From contig JBQTGV010000207.1 of NCBI GenBank assembly GCA_052390515.1, forward strand, positions 1 through 22,189: a DNA stretch of 22,189 nucleotides, read 5' to 3'. Each line of letters begins with the position of its first letter. Within the stretch, counting starts at the first letter, position 1. Shown one piece after another: positions 1 to 8,287 of the stretch. The notes beneath the pieces are model-generated. The model was not told where the DNA came from. It saw only the letters and a program-made list of their open reading frames with translations, and did not search any database. The stretch is from Candidatus Eiseniibacteriota bacterium (lineage in GTDB: Bacteria; ARS69). The position numbers were made by a program, and so were the translations under genes.

Positions 1-219
1 TCCGTCGTGCCGCAGCCGCCGGCGCCGCCCGTCGCTTCGCCGCAGCCGGCCGCGCCACGCCTGCCTTCGCCGCGGCCGGCCGAGCTGTATCCGGCACCGG
101 CAACCGAGGAAGCTCCGCCGCCCGCACCGCGCTCGGAGCGCGAGATCGAGGAGCCGAAGCCCGTGCCTCCGCGGCGCATCGAACCGCTGCCCTTCCAGCG
201 GCGGGAGCGGCGGGGCTAG
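1..219 (+). CDS. 3' end of a protein with a Pro/Ala-rich C-terminal region (partial, runs off the left edge)
   Basis: Frame 1 is open from base 1 to TAG at 217-219. Low-complexity Pro-rich tail ending RRIEPLPFQRRERRG. Stop overlaps the convergent gene's stop (CTAG 216-219). Confidence 0.6.
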   Translation, partial: SVVPQPPAPPVASPQPAAPRLPSPRPAELYPAPATEEAPPPAPRSEREIEEPKPVPPRRIEPLPFQRRERRG

Positions 220-959
220 GCTGCCGGCGCGCAGAAGCAGCGCACGTCCACCAGCGAGCCGTCGGGGAGGAACGCCCCGGCGCCGGGGTGGATCTCGCGG
301 CGAAAGCGCTCGAGCACGTCCGGCACCGGTTCGCCCCCGTTCGGGTCGGGAACGACGAAGACTCGCTCGGGGCGAAGCCGTTCGACCGCGCGGACCCATG
401 CCGCGCGGGACTCCGGGCCGTCGTTCTGGCCGGGGTGGATCGGGATCTCCAGCAGGAGCCTGGCCGGAGTTTCGCGGCGAAGGGAAGCGATGCCTTCCAC
501 GTGCCGCTCCCACGCGTCGGCCCGCGCGTACGGCGTGCCTTCGGCCCGCTTGTCGACGAGCGCCGGGAGCCACGCGACCACGGTGTCGGCCTCGCCCGCT
601 TCCCGGCGGACGTCGCGGTCGCCGAGTGGGTCCCCCCCGGTCAGCACGATCGTGGCGAGGTGCGCCGACTTGCGGATCCGCCGCAGGATCTGCCCGATGC
701 TCTCGTGCAGGAGCGGGTCGCCAGACCCGCCGAGCACGACGGCTTCCACCGAGGCGCCCCGCTCGATCGCCGACAGAACCGAGCGCACCGCCGCCTCGGG
801 CGCGGAGAAATGGGCGCGGTGGGAGTGGGGGACGCCGGGCGCCAGCACTCGGCAGTAGCGGCACTTGCCTGCGGCCGGCCCGGGCGAGACCTCCGCGAGC
901 AGCACCCGACCGAAGCGGAGCGACTCGAACGGCTCGTGGATGCGCGGGGGGAAGGCCAT
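216..959 (-). CDS. Radical-SAM-fold protein (COG0731-like) with degenerate Fe-S motif
   Basis: SLRFGRVLLAEVSPG..KCRYC, GGSGDPLLH, TIVLTGG and LEIPIHPGQND follow the family layout SRRLGxSLGV..CxxxCxYC / GxGEPTL / LTN / E.....G.ND. ATG at 959 (alternative 986) is preceded by GGAG. The ORF-track extension to 1445 overlaps the + strand gene. Confidence 0.7.
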   Translation of the reverse strand: MAFPPRIHEPFESLRFGRVLLAEVSPGPAAGKCRYCRVLAPGVPHSHRAHFSAPEAAVRSVLSAIERGASVEAVVLGGSGDPLLHESIGQILRRIRKSAHLATIVLTGGDPLGDRDVRREAGEADTVVAWLPALVDKRAEGTPYARADAWERHVEGIASLRRETPARLLLEIPIHPGQNDGPESRAAWVRAVERLRPERVFVVPDPNGGEPVPDVLERFRREIHPGAGAFLPDGSLVDVRCFCAPAA

Positions 960-995
960 GGATTCTCCCGGGTCGGGCAAGGGCATGGATTCTCC
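957..995 (-). repeat. 12-bp direct repeat GGAGAATCCATG x2 (SD plus ATG), 27 nt apart and in frame
   Basis: CATGGATTCTCC at 957-968 and 984-995 on the + strand. Confidence 0.7.
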
Positions 996-1013
996 TCGCG
1001 CCGTGGGGGCGTG

Positions 1014-1019
1014 TAAAGT
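1014..1019 (+). promoter_or_regulatory. Candidate -10 element (TAAAGT), leaderless arrangement
   Basis: TAnnnT hexamer 6 nt upstream of ATG 1026; no SD. Confidence 0.4.
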
Positions 1020-1025
1020 GCCGGC

Positions 1026-1670
1026 ATGCTCGCCGCCGTGCTGCTCCTGGCCTCGCTCGCCGCGCCGCCTCCGCCGGCTCGCGAGCACTTCCGGGACGAG
1101 ACCGCCCCCACGCACGTGCTGCGGATCACCGACCTGACCTCCGGTGAGGTCATCCGGACCGACGGACCGGACTCTGCGCTCGCCGCGGCCTTGCCCCTCG
1201 GCGAGACCGCCCGGCTGCTGCTCGCCCTGACCGGGATCGAGCGCGCGCGGCTCGATCCGGATGCGCGCGTGACCTGCGACTCGACCTGTTGGGCCCAGGG
1301 CGCGCATGGCGAGCCGGATCTCGCCGAGGCGATCGCCTGGTCCTGCGACTCCTGGGTGCCGCGAGCCTGGGACGCCGTCGGGCGCGGAGCGGCGGCGGAG
1401 ACGGCGAAGCGGCTCGGCCTTGGCGGCGCCTACCACCGGGCGCACCGCGTGATCGCGATCGCCGGATCCTCGGACGATGGCACCTGGGTCACCGGCACGC
1501 TCACTCGCCGCTCGGACGTGCGCTGGGCCTTCGCCCTCTACGTCCGCGGCGGATCCTCACGCCTGGCCGCCACACGTGCCGCGGACCTGCTGCTCGAGAC
1601 GGCCCGCACCTACGAGCGCGCGAGCAGCGAGCGTGGCGGCCGGCCGCTTTCGCCACTGGACGAGCGCTGA
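1026..1670 (+). CDS. Secreted penicillin-binding-protein transpeptidase-fold protein, catalytic motifs degenerate
   Basis: Signal peptide MLAAVLLLASLAA. PLGETARLLLALTGIE resembles PPGSTFK..ALAALE; CW..GAHGEPDLAEAIAWSCD resembles CW..GHG.VDL..AI..SCN; late WVTG and WAFALYV strands as in PBP2/class D beta-lactamase folds. Confidence 0.7.
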   Translation: MLAAVLLLASLAAPPPPAREHFRDETAPTHVLRITDLTSGEVIRTDGPDSALAAALPLGETARLLLALTGIERARLDPDARVTCDSTCWAQGAHGEPDLAEAIAWSCDSWVPRAWDAVGRGAAAETAKRLGLGGAYHRAHRVIAIAGSSDDGTWVTGTLTRRSDVRWAFALYVRGGSSRLAATRAADLLLETARTYERASSERGGRPLSPLDER

Positions 1671-1684
1671 GCTGCTTCAGCGAG

Positions 1685-4030
1685 CTACCGGAGCAGCACT
1701 CCCCGCTCCACGCGGCGAACGCCGGGAGCCGTGAGCCGGGCGAAGTACACGCCGGCCGCGGCGGGCCGGCCGGAGTCGTCCCGCCCGTCCCAGGAGACGC
1801 GATACTCGCCGGAGGAGACCGTGCGGGCGAGAAGGGTGCGGACCTTTCGCCCGGTGACGTCATGGACGGAGATCTCGACCGCGGCTTGCTCCGGCACGGC
1901 GAACTCGATGTCGGTGCGGTCGAGGAAGGGGCTCGGCCGGAGCGGTTCGAGGCGCCAGCTCTCCGGGGCGAGCCGCTCGCTGCGGTCCGCCGGAGCTTCC
2001 GCCGGCGGCTCGGGTGCCGGGGCGGTCAGATGCTCGCCGGAACCGAGCCCGCCGTTCACCACGACCGCGTATCCCTGCGGGCCGAGCGGCACGTCCGCGC
2101 CCCGCACCCGCACGATCCAGGTGCCCGACGACGGCACCTTCACCAGCACGCGCTCGGCGCTGTTGAGGGCGTCCGCCGTCCCCCCGGTCACGGACTCTCC
2201 GACGACCACGTTGAACACGTTGCCGAGGAACAGGCCGTCCGGGCCTTCGACTTCCAGGTCGAGGTCGTTGACCGGCGCGAGCGACGCTCCGTGCGAGGCC
2301 GGCTGGTCGGTGAACGCCATGGTGACGGCGAGCGGCTCGAACGAATCGGAGATGCGGAACGTGAACTGCGCGACCTCGCCGGTGGACAGCCCCTGCGCGT
2401 GGCGCACGTCGCGGATGCGCAGGCGGCGGGTGTCGCCGGGGAAGTACAGCGCGTCGTCCAGCAGGATCCGCCCCCAGCCCTCCCGCGCACTGGGGTACTG
2501 CGCCTGCCCGGTGAGGTCCACCGTGGAGTTAATGACGGCGGCGCGGAGCAGCGCTCCGGTCGGAACGATCCCGTCTCCGGTGTGGGGCCGGCCGGTCGGG
2601 TAGTAGCCGCGGCGGAAGTACTCGCGCACGAGGGCCGCTCCCCCCGCGACCGCGGGCGCGGACATGCTCGTACCGGTCATCGACGCAGTGACGCAGCCGC
2701 CGAGTCCCGCCGAGCTCGTCCCCACGCCGGGTGCCATCACCTCGGGCTTGCGCCGCCCGTCGAAGGTCGGCCCCGGAGCTCCCGAGCCGTGCAGGTGCTG
2801 GTTCGGCGCGGCAAGCGTGGCGGCGGTGGCCAGGCAGCTCTTGGCGTTCTCCGGCGAGATCACGGACGCGCCGCCGTTGATCACGGCGAAGAGCACGAGG
2901 TTCTCCTCGCGGTTCCGTGAGAAGGTATCCACGTCCACGCTCCAGGTGGTGTACGACCCGACGGAGGATTCGCCCCAACTGTTCGTGTGGATGCGCGCGC
3001 CGTCGGCGTAGGCCGCCTCCAGCGCCGCGAGGAGATTCGACGCGGAGTCGTTGAATCCGTCGATGTCGTTGACGTTCTCGAAGGAGAGCTTCGCCTTGGG
3101 TGCCATTCCGCGCGTGGTGGTAGTGCCGTCGGCCTGCTCGCCGGCGGCGGTGCCGGCCGTGTGCGTGCCGTGGGCTGCGCCGTTGACGAGCCCGGACGTC
3201 CGGTACGCCACGACCTTGCGGTGGCTCGGCCCGATCGGAGTGCCCAGCGGATCCAGGAAGAAGCAGCTGGACATGAGGATCTCGCCGTCGATGTGCCCGA
3301 TGATCTCGCCCGCGCCGAGCAGCCCGTTGTCGTAGAGCGGCAGATCCCCGTTCGCGTTGGACTGGATGACCCAGCGCACGTTGTCGTTGCGAAGAGTCGG
3401 CTCGCCCGTCTCCTCGATCCACTCCACCTCGGAGATGCGCGAGAGCGCCGGAAGCAGCTCGTCCCCGGCGACGACGAGCAGGCGGTTCCCCGCTTCCGGA
3501 CCGTGCACGGCGAGCACCCGCGCGCCGGCCTCGAGCGCGCGCTCCGCCGCCGCCCGCGCGTCCTCCCCGGCGAAGACGTGCACGTCGAGCAGCCGCTGGG
3601 TCCCCAGCGCGACGCGCGCCGGATCCCGGAAGGTGCGGCCCCCGACGTCAGGCGATACCTTCCACTCCGAACGGTAGAGGTCGACGCGCCGGACAAACGA
3701 CTCGCCGCGCAGCGCTTCGGCGGCTTCCTGTGTTGCGCGAACGAGATAGGCGTTCGAGGGAACGTAGCCGACGATCCGCGCGCCGGTGGCGTCGAGCGCG
3801 CGCCGCACGGCCAAGTCTGCCGGTCCGGAGATGACGGCGATCCACGTGGCGGCCTCTCCCGGGGCGGGCTCAGCCTCGGGCGCCACGGACCGCGTGACGG
3901 GCGGCCCCGTCTCGACTCCGTACTCCACGTGACGCAGGTGGACGCGGCCGTCGCCGAGGTCGAGTGCGATCGCCCTCGCGGCCACGAGCAGCAGGACCGC
4001 GGCACCCGCCCCCGGATTCGCCCTGGGCAT
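1685..4030 (-). CDS. S8 subtilisin-like serine protease (KP-43-like) with propeptide, jelly-roll domain and FlgD-Ig/T9SS-type C-terminal domain
   Basis: Catalytic motifs IGHIDG (Asp), HGTHTAGT (His), GTSMSAP (Ser). HTNSWG, DGRRKPEVMAPG, GWGRILL and VNDLDLEV match KP-43-type subtilases. C-terminus PSPF..HDVTGRKVRTL..WDGRDDSGRPAAAGVYF. ATG at 4030 opens a signal peptide 5 nt after the upstream stop. Confidence 0.92.
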   Translation of the reverse strand: MPRANPGAGAAVLLLVAARAIALDLGDGRVHLRHVEYGVETGPPVTRSVAPEAEPAPGEAATWIAVISGPADLAVRRALDATGARIVGYVPSNAYLVRATQEAAEALRGESFVRRVDLYRSEWKVSPDVGGRTFRDPARVALGTQRLLDVHVFAGEDARAAAERALEAGARVLAVHGPEAGNRLLVVAGDELLPALSRISEVEWIEETGEPTLRNDNVRWVIQSNANGDLPLYDNGLLGAGEIIGHIDGEILMSSCFFLDPLGTPIGPSHRKVVAYRTSGLVNGAAHGTHTAGTAAGEQADGTTTTRGMAPKAKLSFENVNDIDGFNDSASNLLAALEAAYADGARIHTNSWGESSVGSYTTWSVDVDTFSRNREENLVLFAVINGGASVISPENAKSCLATAATLAAPNQHLHGSGAPGPTFDGRRKPEVMAPGVGTSSAGLGGCVTASMTGTSMSAPAVAGGAALVREYFRRGYYPTGRPHTGDGIVPTGALLRAAVINSTVDLTGQAQYPSAREGWGRILLDDALYFPGDTRRLRIRDVRHAQGLSTGEVAQFTFRISDSFEPLAVTMAFTDQPASHGASLAPVNDLDLEVEGPDGLFLGNVFNVVVGESVTGGTADALNSAERVLVKVPSSGTWIVRVRGADVPLGPQGYAVVVNGGLGSGEHLTAPAPEPPAEAPADRSERLAPESWRLEPLRPSPFLDRTDIEFAVPEQAAVEISVHDVTGRKVRTLLARTVSSGEYRVSWDGRDDSGRPAAAGVYFARLTAPGVRRVERGVLLR

Positions 4031-4035
4031 CAGCC

Positions 4036-4452
4036 TCAGCGGAGAACGACGAGCTTGCGCGTCTCGTCGATCCCCTCGCCCTCCAGCCGGTAGAAGTAGA
4101 TGCCGGCGGAAACGGCCTCGCCGAGGAAGTCGCGTCCGTCCCACGAGGCCGAGTGCTCACCCGCATCGAGGATGCCCTCGGCGAGCGTCCGCACGCGCCG
4201 CCCGGAGATGTCGAAGACGCCGAGGGAGACCAGCGCCCTCTCGCCGAGGGCGAAGCGGATCTCGGTGGCCTCCGCGAAGGGGTTCGGGTCGTTCTGCGAG
4301 AGGTGAACGACGACCGCTCCAACGGGTGCGGCCGCCGGCTCCGCTGCGGCTCCCTCGGGCTGGGGCGCCGCCGGGAGCTCCTCCGCCGCGGCAAACCCTG
4401 CCAACATCGGCAAGAGTGCCGCGCTTTGCAGCCATCGGGCAGGGACGCTCAC
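4036..4452 (-). CDS. Small exported protein consisting essentially of a FlgD-Ig/T9SS-type C-terminal domain
   Basis: GTG at 4452 preceded by GAGGAAG. Signal-like N-terminus (SAALLPMLAGFAAA), short P/A/E linker, then LSQNDPNPF..FDISGRRVRTL..WDGRD..GIYFYRL..TRKLVVLR. Start position is uncertain (ATGs at 4503/4506 are also in frame). Confidence 0.8.
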   Translation of the reverse strand: MSVPARWLQSAALLPMLAGFAAAEELPAAPQPEGAAAEPAAAPVGAVVVHLSQNDPNPFAEATEIRFALGERALVSLGVFDISGRRVRTLAEGILDAGEHSASWDGRDFLGEAVSAGIYFYRLEGEGIDETRKLVVLR

Positions 4453-4504
4453 GTCCGGTCTTCCTCGATCGTCGGGGCGGGATGCGGGCGAAGATCCCGG
4501 CATC

Positions 4505-4576
4505 ATCTTACCATCGCAGCGCGCGTCCCGCGAGGGCCCGCGCGGGGTAGCGGTCCCCCTCTTCGGGGCGTATATT
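4505..4576. promoter_or_regulatory. Divergent promoter region: TGG-TAAGAT on - strand (4513-4505) and TATATT on + strand (4571-4576)
   Basis: AT-rich hexamers standing out in a very GC-rich intergenic gap, each oriented toward its flanking gene. Confidence 0.35.
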
Positions 4577-4641
4577 CGCAGGCGATCGACGGTTCCGTCG
4601 CCAATTCCGTCGCCAGAGTCCCCGAACGCAGGTCGGATCGG

Positions 4642-6186
4642 ATGTTCGCTCCACGTCGCGTCGTCCCCGCGCTTCCCCTGCTGCTCTGGCTCGGGTGCTC
4701 GGAGTCCGACGACCCCGCCGGCCCCGGTCCCGACCCCGTGGGCCCCCCGACGATCGAGAGCTTCGGCGTCACCGACCCCGACGGGGTGATCCTGCACGGG
4801 GATTTCACCACCCTGCGTTGGAGAGCTTCCGGCGCCACTTCGGCGAGCTTGTTCCCGCCGGCCGGTGCGTTCGGATCGCCGGAGAACGGCACCGTCAGCA
4901 TCCGGCCCTCCCAGCCGGTGACCTACACGCTGACCGTCTCCAACGCGCACGGGGAGGCCAACGCGCAAGTCACCGTCGACGTGCAGTACCGCGCCGGCAT
5001 GTACGTGAATCCCGCCACGGGTGACGACGCGAACGGCGGGCAATCGCCCGCGGCGGCCCTCGCCACGCTCGGCGAGGCCCTGAACCGGTCTCTCGCCGGC
5101 GGCGTCATCTTCCTCGCGGCGGGGACCTATACGACGGCGGTGTCCATCGACGGGGCCCAGGTTTCGATCTACGGCGGCCTCGACCCGGCGACGTTCTTCG
5201 AGGGTGAACCGCGCAGCGCCTACGTCTCCGTCGTTCGCCCGGCGTCGGGCATCCCGCTGTCCATCCGCAACTCGTTCGGGACGATGGAGATCTCCAACAT
5301 CACCTTCGACGCGCGGGACACTCAGGCGCTGGGCGCCGAGATCGTGGACGCCCAGGCCCGGCTGCTGTACTGCAGCTTCGACACGCGTAGCTCCCTGTCG
5401 CTGCCGGCCGGCGTGCCCGCCGCGCTCTCGGTCCGCTCGGAGGCGGCCGTGGCCGGCGTAGAGGTACGCTCCTGCCGTATCTTCGGCCCGCGCAGCATCG
5501 CCGCCCTGGAGACCCGCGGCATCAGCCTGGAGCAGGGCCCCTCGGGCGGGGCGGTCGACGCCGCGGTGGCGCAGTGCTTCATCTACGGCGGCCGCGCCGC
5601 CAACCTCTCCAGCGGCGTATTCGTCGACACCGACGGCAACCCGGGGATCGGCGTGTGCACCATCGGGGCGGAGATCACCGCGACCGGCGGACCCGCGGTC
5701 AGCTCTGCGGCCATACGCATCCTCCGCGGGCATCCGTTCATCGGCGGCAACGTCTTGTTCACCCGCGGGAACGGCCCGCGCTTCGGGGTCATCGAGGGCG
5801 CGGTGGACACGAACCCGTCTTCGCTCGAGGGTAATTACTTCGTGTCCGTCGGCACCATTCCCTACGACAACTTCGACGACGTCGATCCGGTGACCGAATC
5901 GGAGCTGAATCAGCCTCCCTTCACCGTCGGAGTCGGCAACGACCTGGTCTTCTACAACCTGCTGGAGACCAGCCTCTCGGTGACGAACATCCTCGCCAAC
6001 GTCGACCAGGGCGATTTCCACTTGGTGCACCCGATCGGCCCCCCTCTGCTCATTCCGAACCCGGCGGCCGACCGCGGGGACCAGTGGGTGGCCAACCCCA
6101 AGTACGGTGCCGTCGGTGACGACATCGACGGTGATTCGCGCCCCTCCAGCATGACCCTGTTCGACCTCGGGGCCGACGAGGACTGA
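4642..6186 (+). CDS. Lipoprotein with Ig-like domain, DUF1565-like/right-handed beta-helix region and choice-of-anchor-Q-like C-terminus
   Basis: Lipobox LLWLG-C. PTIESF..TTLRW..TYTLTVSN (Ig-like). YVNPATGDDANGGQSPAAALATLGEAL (beta-helix N-cap). C-terminal DFHL..PAADRG..DIDGDSRP..FDLGADE. Confidence 0.75.
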   Translation: MFAPRRVVPALPLLLWLGCSESDDPAGPGPDPVGPPTIESFGVTDPDGVILHGDFTTLRWRASGATSASLFPPAGAFGSPENGTVSIRPSQPVTYTLTVSNAHGEANAQVTVDVQYRAGMYVNPATGDDANGGQSPAAALATLGEALNRSLAGGVIFLAAGTYTTAVSIDGAQVSIYGGLDPATFFEGEPRSAYVSVVRPASGIPLSIRNSFGTMEISNITFDARDTQALGAEIVDAQARLLYCSFDTRSSLSLPAGVPAALSVRSEAAVAGVEVRSCRIFGPRSIAALETRGISLEQGPSGGAVDAAVAQCFIYGGRAANLSSGVFVDTDGNPGIGVCTIGAEITATGGPAVSSAAIRILRGHPFIGGNVLFTRGNGPRFGVIEGAVDTNPSSLEGNYFVSVGTIPYDNFDDVDPVTESELNQPPFTVGVGNDLVFYNLLETSLSVTNILANVDQGDFHLVHPIGPPLLIPNPAADRGDQWVANPKYGAVGDDIDGDSRPSSMTLFDLGADED

Positions 6187-6191
6187 TCCCC

Positions 6192-7193
6192 ATGAGCACG
6201 AAGCGGGTTCTCTCGGGGATCCAGCCCTCGGGTTCCCTCCACCTGGGCAACTGGTTCGGGGCCATCCGGCAGTTCCTCGAACTGCAGGACAAGTACCGCT
6301 GCCATTTCTTCATCGCCAGCTACCACGCGCTCACCTCCCAGCGCGACGGCGCGGAGCTGCGCCGCAACATCCTGGACGTCACCGCGAGCTACCTCGCGCT
6401 GGGGCTCGACCCGGAGCGCGTCGTGCTGTTCGACCAGGCCGACCTGCCCGAGCACCACGAGCTCGCCTGGGTGCTGTCCTGTCTGGCGCCGGTGGGCCTG
6501 CTGCAGCGCGCGCACAGCTACAAGGACAAGGTGGCCAAGGGCATCGAGCCGACGCACGGACTCTTCGCCTATCCGGTGCTGATGGCCGCCGACATCCTCA
6601 TGTACGACGCCGACCTCGTCCCCGTCGGCAAGGACCAGAAGCAGCACGTGGAGATCGCCAGGGATCTGGCGATCCGCGTGAACAACGAGTGGGGCGAGCT
6701 GCTGCGCGTTCCCGAGCCGTACATCCTGCCCGAGTCGGCGGTCGTGCCGGGCATCGACGGCGAGAAGATGTCCAAGAGCTACGGCAACGCGATCGAGCTC
6801 TTCGAGGAACCCAAGGCGCTCAAGAAGCGCGTCATGAGCATCGTGACCGACTCCACGCCGGTGGAATCGCCGAAGGACCCGGAGCACTGCACCGTCTTCG
6901 CTCTCTACAGCCTCTTCGCCTCCCCGGAGGAGAAGGCCGACATGGCCGCGAAGTATCGCGCGGGGGGCTACGGGTACGGAGACGCGAAGAAGGCGCTGCT
7001 CGCCAAGATCGAGGATAAGTTCGGTCCGCTGCGGGAGCGCAAGCGGGAGCTCGCGGCCCGCCCCGACGATCTCGAGGACGTGCTGGCCGACGGCGCGGCG
7101 CGCGCCCGCGAGTCCGCCGGGCCGCTCATGGAGCGGGTGCGCACGGCCATCGGCCTCCGGCCCCGTTCCCGCGCCGACCTGAAGCGGATCTGA
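6192..7193 (+). CDS. trpS: Tryptophan--tRNA ligase
   Basis: SGIQPSGSLHLGNW (HIGH motif), YPVLMAADIL, VPVGKDQKQH, KMSKSYGN, GYGDAKK. Confidence 0.97.
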   Translation: MSTKRVLSGIQPSGSLHLGNWFGAIRQFLELQDKYRCHFFIASYHALTSQRDGAELRRNILDVTASYLALGLDPERVVLFDQADLPEHHELAWVLSCLAPVGLLQRAHSYKDKVAKGIEPTHGLFAYPVLMAADILMYDADLVPVGKDQKQHVEIARDLAIRVNNEWGELLRVPEPYILPESAVVPGIDGEKMSKSYGNAIELFEEPKALKKRVMSIVTDSTPVESPKDPEHCTVFALYSLFASPEEKADMAAKYRAGGYGYGDAKKALLAKIEDKFGPLRERKRELAARPDDLEDVLADGAARARESAGPLMERVRTAIGLRPRSRADLKRI

Positions 7194-7213
7194 GCGGCGC
7201 CGTTCGCGTCCTG

Positions 7214-8284
7214 GTGCTGGGTGGGCGTCCGGGGCTCGTCGCCGCGCTCGCCGCAGACGGCGTCCCCCATCACGTCTGGAACGACCCCGCCCGGCGATGG
7301 CCCGCGGAATCCCTCGCGGAGCTCGGAGGCTTCACTCACGTGCTCGCCGGCACCGAGGCCACGGTGGTGCCGGCGGCGCTCGCCCGCGAGAAGCTCGGGG
7401 CACGACGCTTCCCCCGCGTGACCGCGCACCGCTGCCACGACAAGCTGGTGATGAAGCGCTACCTGGAGCAGCGCGGCATCGCCATGACTCCCTACCGGGA
7501 CGGGAGTGCGCGCTCTTCGGCGGACGAGATCGTGCGGGAGCTCGGTCTGCCCGTCGTGCTCAAGGATCGGCGGCGAAGCGGCGGGCGCGGCATGGTCGTG
7601 CTGCAGGAAGAGGACTCGGTGGCGCGGGCCGCGCGGCGCGGCCGGATCCTGGAACGCTGGGTGGAGGCGGAGGAAGCGAGCATCGAGTCGTTCGTGTCCG
7701 ACCGGATCGTCCGCTTCGTCAACGTCACCGAGTACGTGCGCAAGGGTGCGGTGAACGCCGTCCCCGCCGCACTCGATGCGGCCACGACGGCGAAGCTCCT
7801 CGAGCTGAACCGGCGCGTCGTCGGAGCGCTCGGCATCCGCTGGGGGATGACCCACGTCGAGGCCTACCTCACGTGCGGCGACCTGCTGTTCGGCGAGATC
7901 GCGCTGCGGCCGCCCGGCGGCTACATCATGGACCTCATCGAGCTGGCCTGGGGATTCGATCCCTGGCGCGCCTTCCTGGCCGTGGAGCTCGGGCGCGGCT
8001 TCGACTTCCCCGCCGCACCCTCCGCGCACGCCGCAGCCGTCGTCCTCCACCCCGGCGCTGGCACGGTGCGGGCGGTACACGGTCTCGACGAGGTTCGCCG
8101 GCATCCGGGCGTGGTCCGCGCGACGATCAAGGTCGGCGCCGGGGACCGGGTGACACCGCGGCTCGGTGTCGGCGAGAGCGTCGGCCGCGTCCTGCTCCGA
8201 GCGGCCACGCGGGACGAACTGCTCGCGGCGCTCCGACACGTGGACTCGACCCTCTCGGTCGAGCTGGATCCCGTGGCGGAGTGA
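7214..8284 (+). CDS. ATP-grasp domain protein, L-amino-acid-ligase-like
   Basis: CHDKLVMK, PVVLK..SGGRG, ILERWV..EASIES, THVE, EIALRPPGG, and a LAL_C2-like C-terminus (GTVRAVHGLDEV..VGAGDRV..VGRVLLRA). The true start may be CTG at 7190. Confidence 0.85.
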   Translation: MLGGRPGLVAALAADGVPHHVWNDPARRWPAESLAELGGFTHVLAGTEATVVPAALAREKLGARRFPRVTAHRCHDKLVMKRYLEQRGIAMTPYRDGSARSSADEIVRELGLPVVLKDRRRSGGRGMVVLQEEDSVARAARRGRILERWVEAEEASIESFVSDRIVRFVNVTEYVRKGAVNAVPAALDAATTAKLLELNRRVVGALGIRWGMTHVEAYLTCGDLLFGEIALRPPGGYIMDLIELAWGFDPWRAFLAVELGRGFDFPAAPSAHAAAVVLHPGAGTVRAVHGLDEVRRHPGVVRATIKVGAGDRVTPRLGVGESVGRVLLRAATRDELLAALRHVDSTLSVELDPVAE

Positions 8285-8287
8285 GCG

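Noticed and set aside
4520-4570. GC-rich inverted repeats in the divergent intergenic region
   Set aside because: Stems of 6 bp or less, expected by chance, with no recognisable ncRNA or terminator features.
4453-6030. 5' extension of ORF 4036..6030 (-), and the 3964..4641 extension of the lipoprotein ORF (+)
   Set aside because: Each is antisense to a better-supported gene, and the signal peptides mark the shorter starts.
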